From the NCBI GenBank assembly GCA_001642005.1, contig LWCA01000315.1, forward strand, positions 1 to 32,727: a stretch of 32,727 nt of DNA, in the 5' to 3' direction. This document shows positions 10,554 to 20,126 of the stretch, one piece after another. Under the pieces are notes generated by a model. The model did not search any database, was not told where the DNA came from, and saw only the letters and a program-made list of their open reading frames with translations. Position 1 is the stretch's first letter, and the number at the start of each line of letters is the position of its first letter. The stretch is from Intoshia linei. Taxonomy: Eukaryota > Animalia > Orthonectida. The position numbers were made by a program, and so were the translations under genes.

Positions 10554-13500
10554 ATGACAAGTAATGGTTTTTTTTATAATAATTTTATGAACGTAGTTAT
10601 TATGCAAGAAGATAGTGGTAAAAAATTCAAACCATGTGTATTCAACGGGTCCTCAACAGACTTACCGAGTAACAAGTAATTTGTAAAATTTACTTAGTAA
10701 TGTAGGTTCTGATATTACATGTGTACAATTCAGTCCGGATAGCTGTCTCTTCTCAATTGGAGATATGAACGGAAATGTGAATATTTATCACAAATCGAGC
10801 GAGGTATTTTTAAATTTTCCTTTATAAATTCTGTAGAATAGAGGAATTGACAAAGCCGTAGAATTTAGCCTTTACAGTTCGTTTAAAAGTCATGAACCAG
10901 AATTTGATTTTCTCAAAAGTTCCGATATTTCGGAACAAATCGTTCAATTAAAATGGCTCCGTCGTCATTCTCCATCTTATTTTGTCCTTACTACAAACCG
11001 TATTTTTTAAATTTAAAATGTTATCAGTATTGTTTAGATAAAATTATTAAATTATGGAAACTTACTGAGAGAAACACAATGCCACAGGGTTTAAATTTTG
11101 AAGACGATGAAGGTAAAAGGCGTGAACGTCCGTCCAAACTTGTTATACCTCGATATACACCAACGGATACTTTTGTTGAAGCCTTACCTCGTAAAATCTA
11201 CCAAAACGCTCATACTTACCAAATACATTCAATTTCTACTAATTATGATAACATGTGTTTTTTATCTTCTGACGAATTGCGGATAAATTTGTGGAATTTA
11301 GAGGTTAGTGATAACAGCTACAACGTGGTGGATATTAAACCGGAATGTCTTGAAGACTTAAGTGAGGTTATTACATCCACCACTTTTCATCCGAACCAAA
11401 GCAGTATATTTACGTATACTACCAGTATTGGTGGGCTAAGGCTATGTGATATGCGACAAAAGGCTCTTTGTGATACACACTACAAATGTAATTTTTTCGT
11501 TTACAATTTTTAAAAGCTTTTTTAGCTTTTCAGGAAGAAATCAACGTTCAACCAGCAAAAAGTTTTTTTTCCGAAATTATTACAAACACTTCAGATGTAA
11601 AGTTTAATCAAAGTGGAACCCTTATTGCTATACGTAATTACATGACTGTTAAAGTATGGGATACTCGTGGAAGTCAAACCGAACCTTTGCAAGTTTTTCC
11701 TGTTCACGACCAATATCGATGTCAGCTTTGTAAGCTGTATGAAAATGATTGTATATTTGATCGCTTTGAACTTTGCTGGACCCATGATGATAGGTATTAT
11801 TCAGTCACACTTTTTTAATTTAATTAACGTGTTGATACATAAAGTTGCTTGATTTCCAATGTAAACGAATTTAACTTGATTATTTGAACTAAAATTGATG
11901 TATAAATAATATAAAAAAATAAAATTATATATTTAACCCTGAAAAAAAGTTCATCATCAAACTCGTTTAATTGGTTGCCATTTAAATAAATTAAAATGAA
12001 TCAGTTTATTTGTTTTTTTAATTGATATCAATTTAAGTTTTAAAGGTTGCTGTATTTAAGTCTATATTGACATAATCTACATGTGTCATGTCAGACTGAC
12101 GATTCGCAGCCATATGTACCAATATTAACATAAATATAATTATTATAACATTTCACATAATTGTATTTTTATTAGTGTTCTTTATTCCAAAGACTCTGTA
12201 TCCTCTCATACGTGTATTTTATATATTTTTGTATGCGTTACAACATTTTACAACTGAGGATATGAAATAATATTTATAGTTAGCACTTAAAACCTAGTTT
12301 AAATGTTGATATTTCTTCGATAAGTGTTATTCTATTATTCTCATTAAATAGACGTATTAAACAGGGGTATAATTTATTTATACATTGAATTCCCGTCAAA
12401 CGTATTGCAGTAAAAATTGTACTATTTTTAGATCAAAGATTATAATCCATTTTTGGTTGTTGTATTCCAATAGTTTTAGGAGAATCTTAAATGTTTCATA
12501 CGATTCCTTTTTTCCGTATAATATGCAATTAGACTAGGCATTGGCGTGTCATTTTTTGGTGATTTTGATCATTTGATGAGTAATTAGCAATAAATGTGTG
12601 TATAGAAAAACTATTTCGCAATCAAAAACATTTAACGCTATCTATTCGAATTGCGTTTTTCATTTGAGATTTATCATAAAAATAGTTATGTCCCTCTAGG
12701 GCAGGGTGTCATACTCAATTTGCATGGCGGGTCAAATGTGACAAAAAAATTATTATGCAGGCCACACAAAAAATCTTTTTAGAATTTTTCAATAGTTCAT
12801 TTATTAATTAATCAATATTTAAAATGACATGTTTTATATTTTTAATTATAATTATAAATTATTTTAATATTTCGCCAATGTCTAAAACTGTGTTTCTTAA
12901 CCTTTTTACTTCAGGGTGCACCTGTGAAATAAATAAAAATTTGGTCGCACATTAAATTTTGATAAAAAAACCATCGATATTCGAAAATGTGCAAAGATTA
13001 AAAACTATAAAAATAATACAAAAATAATTTTTATCTGGTGACTTAAATTTAGTAAACAACATTTAATGTTTGATGAAATGTTGATATTTTTGGTGTTCAC
13101 CATAATATTTAATAGTAAATTCCAAAATGTTAATCAAAGAATTGTCAATGTAAAAGTTTGACGTAATTTTTAGAAATTTATAAAATAACGTCAGATTTCT
13201 TTGCGACGCACTGGTTAAGAATTGCTAGAGTAAAAAAACAATTTTTTAAGAGAATTATTAGTTATATGGATCGATGTTTTATACAATTGACTAACAGTAT
13301 TAACTTTTTTATGAATTATAGAAGAGTGATTTAAAAAAATATCTGTGAATTATGGCTTAGGGGCGATTCTAAAAAACGGTTGAGAAACCTGTTCTAGCCC
13401 TTTAAAATCAAAAATATAATTTTTTAAATGATCATTTTGGAAAAATGACCTCCATTTTACATAAATTTCGCCGTGCGTCCGAAGAGCAGTCGCGGTACGG

Positions 13501-16500
13501 TAGGTGCGACTTTCTATGCATCAATCTCAATAAAATGTTAATATGTGCAATGATGTATATTTCATAAGTCTTATCATAAGATGATGTAAAAAAATTTCAT
13601 AACCATAAAGATAAATTGTATAAAACTCGTAACTAAGAAAAAATCATTAATAATGCCTACTTCATCAAAATTTAATTCATTTAAAATAAAAAGTGTTTAC
13701 TTTTTTACAAAATTTTAACAAAATAAAATTAAGTAGGAATGTTTCACTTTAAATAAAAAGGTAGTGTGAAATGACGGGTCTATGGTGAAACAAGTTTAGG
13801 AACCAGTCCTTCAAAGAATTGATAATAGTGAATTTAACATTTTTTAAGTAAGATTACAAATATATATTTATTATTGAATATTTTTTTGATAGACTTAAAA
13901 AAGTCTGCCTCGGCAGAACTAGGATGCTGTTTGTACTAAGTACATAACAGTCAAGCTGGCTACATACACAATACATAATGTATATAATTTATTTTTTCGT
14001 CATTTGTTTAACATTTGATAGCATTGTTCTCTAATTACCATAATATTCCTTATTTCTTGCCCCCCCTACACACCTTAATTTAATCAAATGGAAGAATTTT
14101 TTCATCTACACAATTAAAGTATGATTTGTATTTAAATGACTGCACAAAAGTGCAAATATGGATGAACAGCTCTCATCTTGTTATTCATTACATCCTATTT
14201 GAGTGGAACTTTAAATATTTCGTGAGAATGCACTTATCACGTTAATCAATTAGTTATTTATAAACAAATAGTAAATAGTAAATTACTTTTTTGGTATGAA
14301 ATCTGAACTTTGTGGCATTGACAATTTTTTTGTATGTACTCTGGAAAAAGCTCTATTAAATGTGATCTTTTTTTCAATTCTACGACTATTAGTTTTTTTA
14401 TTTTTTAAATAAGTGTAATTTGAGTTTTTGTCACTGAAAATGACTCAATTTCTAAAAACTATTCGCATCTTAATTTCTGGAATATATTGACAAACAGAAA
14501 TACATTTTTAGTTAAATTACTTTGTATTAATTAACGATTAAATTTTAAAATTAAATACTTGTACAGATATTGATATGTTGTATGTAGCTATATTTGCATA
14601 TGAATTGTTTACACAGCTTGTCGACGAGGGTTGTCAATTATGCGAACCACGTTATAATATGCATTTTTATTTTTTTACAGATTTTTTATCTGTTTTTCAT
14701 GATTACAATTTTAACATTAGTTATACAGTGTATAATTATAATATTATAATACAGTACCCACCAAACTACAGCCCACGAATTACAAATCTATTAAAAGATA
14801 CACCGGTGATATCTTACAAATTATCATATATCATCGACTTAGATTTTAAATATGTACTATCGATTTGTCATTTCTAGATCATGACAAACTTATTAATTCA
14901 TTAACTTAAACTTTAAATCGTAATTTAAAATACCGTCATGTATATTTTCCATCTACCCTCGGATTTTTTTTCCGGTCCCCATCTCAAAAAGTTTGATGGT
15001 CAGTTATATAATATAAACTTATTCAATTATTACTGTTTTTTATTAATTAATTAAATCTGTTAGTTTAATAATGGTTGAGTCAAAAAAATTTGTACAACCC
15101 GCGGAATAATTTTTTTTACATTTGGCTCAAAAAGCCAATTGATACTCAAGTTGAGACTAAAAATTAAAGAGTTATTATTATTTATTTTAGAATTAAATTA
15201 ACCCCTGTTGTAGACTGAAGTTATTACGATTTCTTAAATTTTTTATTTTTAAGGAAGATTAGTTCACAATATGTTCATTTATATAATATTAAAAAGATCT
15301 GTTTAAAAATAGATATTGATGTAGGGTGATCATTTTAAATCTCTTATAAAAATATTCTGAAAAAATAAAACTGAACTTTATTTGAGTCAAATATATAATG
15401 TTATATCCATGGTTAGTGAATATTTCTGTTTAAAAAAATAAATTTAAAACTCTGTTTTTCTGTCTGTCTGTCAGAAATTTAAAATGCCAACCCTGCTCCA
15501 ATTTTTGCAACATGAATGTTCTTGCAGTTCCACAAATTATTTTGGTCTACGAGTATCCAATGAAATTAATATATTAAGAAAATTTTTGTGATACAGTGAG
15601 ACCTCTCAATACCGCCAATTTTGGTATTTCAATATTTATGGTGGTATTGAGAGTATGTCGTTATAGGAACAGTTAAACAATAAGCATAATTATATACAGA
15701 AAAATAACGATAATTCAACGAACCAAAACAATATAATTATTATGTTAAGAATACAAATAACTAAGAATTGTAAATAATTTTATATTTTAAAATAATCTCG
15801 TATATCCTTTTTTCTCCTTCCATCTAACATTAATACGTTACTAAGCATATCTATGCCTTCAATAGCATACACATTTAAGGAATCAGTTTGGTCAAAATAT
15901 TTCTTTAATGTTTTTAAAATCATATAACATTCTGACTTTTCTGTTTTAAGTTCGGATTTAATTTCATCGTCGTCTTCATTTGGTACATTGCAATGTATTT
16001 GTATTATTAATATTTCATCTTCAATGTTTATAATTACATCATTTTCAGTATAATTAAGTCAATTAAAATCTTCAGCACTCTTACATTAACGTATTACATT
16101 AGCACATTAACGGAATAAGTGTACAAATAATGTTAAAATTATTATGAATAAATAAATCATGAAAAATATATGAAACAACTTTAAAAAAAGAAATATGTTT
16201 AAAAAATTGTTACATTCCACAATTGGACCGCATAATTGACACCCTTGATCTAGATCAAATCGAATAAACCCAGACTACATTTATACATATATGTATTATC
16301 TAATCTATTTTTTATTTTACAATACATGTATATAAAATAATTTTCAAATAAAACAAAATAAATAGTAAAATGCCTTTGATCATAAAGCTTCATAATTTGG
16401 AACCTTAATTGATATTAATTCATTTTATTTATTTATTATTTATTTAATTGATATTATTATTCAATATAAATTTGTTTAACATATGTATACTTTATTGTTT

Positions 16501-18907
16501 TAAAAATTGATTATAAATTCAATAAATAAACTTATTCAATAAGTTTACTATGGATTAAATATCGAGTGAAACGATACATTACATTGATAACAATTTTCAT
16601 CAAATCGTTAACTTGTTCATTTTTAAACAATTAATATTATATAATTTTATTTTAGTTTATAGTTGTTGCATTTAAATTTCGAAAATTAACTCTAATTTTC
16701 AAATTCTTATTTAATTTTCAGTGAGATTGATGATTATTTAATTTTAGTTTTTAATGTACAGTAAACTCGAATATTGACCACTTTTTTCGCATATATTAAA
16801 AAATTCGGCATAACTATAGTTACAAATGTTAATAAAAATGTAAGAAAAGAAGCTGAAGAAATAATGGACGATTATTTATTACTTTAACCATCGCCCGATA
16901 ATATGTTAGATGATAGACAATTTTAATTAATATGTAACCGTTGTCCAATTCATATTTTTAAAAGTGAAATTGATTTACATTATAGTTTTGCTATGGCGCG
17001 TATAAAATTGGAATTTTTGAGAAGTGGTCACTTTTCGAGCTTTTATTGTATACAATGAGTATTGCTGATTTTCCCAAAGTAACTAAATTTTGTTTGTGTC
17101 TTATTTTATCCAAAATTATAATTGAAGTTAATTAAAATAAAAATTTTATAATCCGTATATTACAATAAGTCATTGTTTATAATCTCGTATTTAAGAAATT
17201 CTATAGTCCCTTAAATACATTTCTAAATTTTTCGGATATTTGAATGTAGTATTTATTTATCTTTAATTTTGAAGCTAGTTGTTAAATATTTGTTTTGCGA
17301 TTGTTTTATGTTGAAATTACAATATATTTTCTGTAATATAAATATCTTGCATCTAGTAAATATTGTTTAAGTCAAGGCGTTCAAATATTATCTCACAAGT
17401 ACTATGTAGACCAGTGGTTCTTAACCTTTTTTGGAGAATCGCCCATTTTTCAACAAAAATAAAATTATCGACCCATAAATACAATCGATATTTTTTTAAT
17501 TTTATAGATAATGAAAATAATATATACAAAAAATACGATAAAAACTGAGTGTAAAAAAAAGAAAAATATATTATAATGAATAAATGTAACAAATTTGAAA
17601 TGAGAAATATTAAACGGAATCATGACATTATAAATGTTTAAGCTTTACAAAGAAAAGATAAAATTTATTATTAATGTCTACCCTGATATTGATGACTATT
17701 TGATAATTTTTTAATATCAGGAGCGATATTTGTTAAGCATAATCGGAAGTCACCCCATTTTGATAAATGTAATTTGTTCCTCTTTTTTGATTGAAGATCA
17801 GTTACTACGCTAAAACCTTTCTCAACAAAGTAAGTAGATGGAAAGGCAAATAGTAACATTAGGATTCCAATAGATAATAGTAACATTCCAAAGATGAATA
17901 CAAACCCTTTCTACAAAATAATCATGTGACTATAACCACTGTGCCAGCTAGGCTCATTGAACGGTTATAATCTGATGTTATATTGGAATCCCAACTGATG
18001 CGATAAAAATATTTTTGTCCCATTCGATCATAAAAGCGTCCCAAGGGGGGCGCTATCGCCCAGGTTAAGAATCACTGATGTAGACATTTAACCTATTTTA
18101 AAATGACCATTGAATAATTTGTGAGTATTCTAACTCTACCACCTACCTTTTAATTTTTTTCAATCTCAAAATTTCCCGTTAATATGGTGAAAACGAGTAT
18201 TCTAATTTGTATATAGCGAGCCCCTTTTTCTAAAAATACAACTTTTTTCACTAATTTATGATAAGGTGATAAGTCACTGATAATACGTTAATGTCATATG
18301 ATAACGTATATTGAAAATATTTTAAATTGGGCGTTTAATTTAGATTGTAACGGTTATTGTTTTTGTAAATACTAAATGTGTATTGATTTTTATACTTTTG
18401 AGAATAATGTTATTGAGAAATATGAAAACGTTAAATGACTTGTAATTCTATTAAACTTTCCCAATTGAATAGTAATTGAATACTTGACAAATGATTGTGC
18501 TTAATATCGGAAATTTTTATTTATATTTGACAGTTTTTTAATTAATTTAATTTTTAATTTTTAGATATATTGTTACAGGATCATATAATGGTATTTACAA
18601 ATTATTTGATGTTAAATCGAATCAAGAATATGCATATGAAGCATCCACAGACATTTTAAACACGAGTGACGATTCAGTTGCGAATTCAGATAAATTTCAA
18701 GAAATGGAGACGACAAAAAATGGAAATTCAAATTCAAATGGCGGGGGAAATCAAATAGAGAACGATTCGACTAAATTGAGTAGAATAGACTCCCTAATGT
18801 ATAATTGTGAAGATTTCGATAAAAAACTTTTTCACGTTTCTCTTCATCCCAATGATAATTATTCGGTTTTTTCCAGCGAAAACCAATTGTTTGTCTACAG
18901 TGGATAA
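10554..18907 (+). CDS. PPP2R2: Protein phosphatase 2A regulatory subunit B55 (WD40), divergent, ~468 aa
   Basis: Phase-consistent exons 10554-10566, 10597-10668, 10706-10803, 10837-10999, 11038-11487, 11526-11793, 18565-18907 (TAA). Motifs SHEPEFDFLKS, IKLWK, NAHTY, LRINLWNL, YNVVDIKP, RLCDMRQKALCD, SFFSEII, LYENDCIFDRF, TGSYN and DFDKK..H...HP are B55 hallmarks. The first two exon borders are less certain. Confidence 0.93.
12402..12545 (-). pseudogene. CMC/Chapaev-like transposase relic
   Basis: Minus strand reads PMPSLIAYYTE(frameshift)KESYETFKILLKLLEYNNQKWIIIFDLKIVQFLLQ, similar to the recalled Chapaev-3 block PSIP.AHS..MKESYE....LL..I.Y....W.ICGDLKV..LLLG. Confidence 0.6.
12888..13227. 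mobile_element. Degenerate hAT MITE
   Basis: CTGTGTTTCTTAACC ... GGTTAAGAATTGCTA inverted ends; flanks GTCTAAAA / GAGTAAAA (6/8). Confidence 0.45.
13765..13959 (+). mobile_element. 3' fragment of the Helitron-like family seen at 29993-30707
   Basis: Collinear with 30527-30707, including GAAACAAGTTT.GGAACCA, TTGATAATAGTGAAT, CGGCAGA.CTAGG and the hairpin CTGTTTGTAC...GTACATAACAG; ends CTGG (CTRR). Confidence 0.7.
14430..14877 (+). pseudogene. Candidate nested small gene or gene relic with micro-introns inside the B55 long intron
   Basis: GT-AG segments 14524-14566, 14651-14680, 14720-14754 and 14806-14842 can be removed to leave one open frame of ~110 aa ending at TAG 14877; no start or homology recognised. 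Confidence 0.3.
15594..16080 (-). mobile_element. pogo/Tigger-like transposon 3' end with transposase C-terminal relic
   Basis: TA|CAGTGAGACCTCTCAATACCGCC terminus with subterminal inverted copy GGTGGTATTGAGAG; the minus strand at ~16080-15780 encodes an acidic stretch (NEDDDE) ending RRKKDIRDYFKI*, like the Tigger/pogo C-terminal I.DYF motif; one in-frame stop. Confidence 0.65.
16759..17048. mobile_element. Tc1/mariner-pogo-type MITE
   Basis: TA|CAGTAAACTCGAATATTGACCACTT ... AAGTGGTCACTTTTCGAGCTTTTATTG|TA: imperfect ~26-bp TIRs with TA duplication. Confidence 0.65.
17412..18077 (-). mobile_element. Internally deleted hAT Buster/Charlie element retaining the transposase C-terminus
   Basis: TIRs CAGTGGTTCTTAACCT / AGGTTAAGAATCACTG; perfect 8-bp TSD ATGTAGAC (17404-17411, 18078-18085); the minus frame 17886-17671 gives AFPSTYFVEKGFSVVTDLQSKKRNKL...GDFRLCLTNIAPDIKKL...HQ, the Buster/Charlie C-terminal signature. 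Confidence 0.92.
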
Positions 18908-20126
18908 TTGTAATTAATCTAAAATCTTAATCTTACTACGACAGACCCTACCTAGTCTATTTTGTGGAATTTAATTATTTATGGTTTTACACGTTGATTT
19001 TGATAGGATCAATGCCATTATTTTTATTTCTATGTAAATATCCTTAATTAAATCTTTTGATTTATGTTGCATTTTATAGTTGTACTTTATTCTTAAGATA
19101 ATTGTGTATTGCATGTTTTGTCGGTTCAATCGTCCGTTATTAGTTAAATTTTATTTTATTGGATATTAATAATTAGTCACGCCTAGTTGTCATGCGCAAG
19201 ACATTGAATTTATTTTTCATTGTCACGATTATATTACAATAGAAAACTGTTGACTCAATGTATAAATACAACTGACATGTTCTCTAGTAGGCTATTGACA
19301 AAACAATTGATTTGATATAATATTATATCTGAGAATTTAGCTAATGATTTACAGCTCTGTCAATATTGTGCAGCAGACATTGTAAAAATATTTTAAAAGT
19401 TTATATAGAAACTAATGATAAACAATACGCTCATCTAGACCAAAAAGCAATGCAGCTAACTAGCAACTGAATCACATTGAAATACATTAAGGCTCAAGCA
19501 TGTATGCAATTGTATTTTAGTTGCATCTGCGTTATTTTAAATACATATGATTGGTGGACACCTAATTTATGCAATATAATTGAAATTGAACTCCAATCAT
19601 GAAATTTTCATTCCATCGAAATATTATTCCGTAAAGCGCGATTTATTTTTCACAAATACTTATTGTAGTTTTGATAATCAGGTAATTTATACTTTATTTA
19701 TTAGATTGTTCTTCACAAACTTTTTTATAATTTTATTGTAGATTGTTTTGTTTACATTTAAATATACTGCATTTTACATAACCATATCTGCTTTAAATTT
19801 CTAAGTAATGCTAATTAACAAAATTTTAAATTTTTCTAGACTCGACCAATCATTGTGAATCTAGTTTTACAAAAATTAGAAAATAGATTAGTGTAAAAAA
19901 ATATAAATAATTTTCTGGTTTATTCATTTTTACTTGCTATATTTTTATATTCATTTTGCTAATTTTTAACGTGCCAAGCAATTTAAATTGATTTTCAATA
20001 TAACCTTTTGAATGAATGTTAATTTTTATGATTCAATGTCTTAAATGTCAAAATTTATATCAATTTTTGTTGCAATTTGCAATATATATAATTCTAACAT
20101 GTAAATATTTACTTTTTATTGCTGAC

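Noticed and set aside
8931-11852. Short ORFs 8931-9119(-), 11098-11286, 11591-11785(-), 11667-11852
   Set aside because: Antisense or off-frame shadows of KANSL3 and B55 exons.
12702-16247. One large hAT element bounded by similar termini at 12702 and 16247
   Set aside because: The flanks CTCTAGGG and ATCTAGAT do not form a convincing TSD; probably separate fragments.
17353-17592. Overlapping ORFs on both strands
   Set aside because: Low-complexity frames crossing a transposon boundary.
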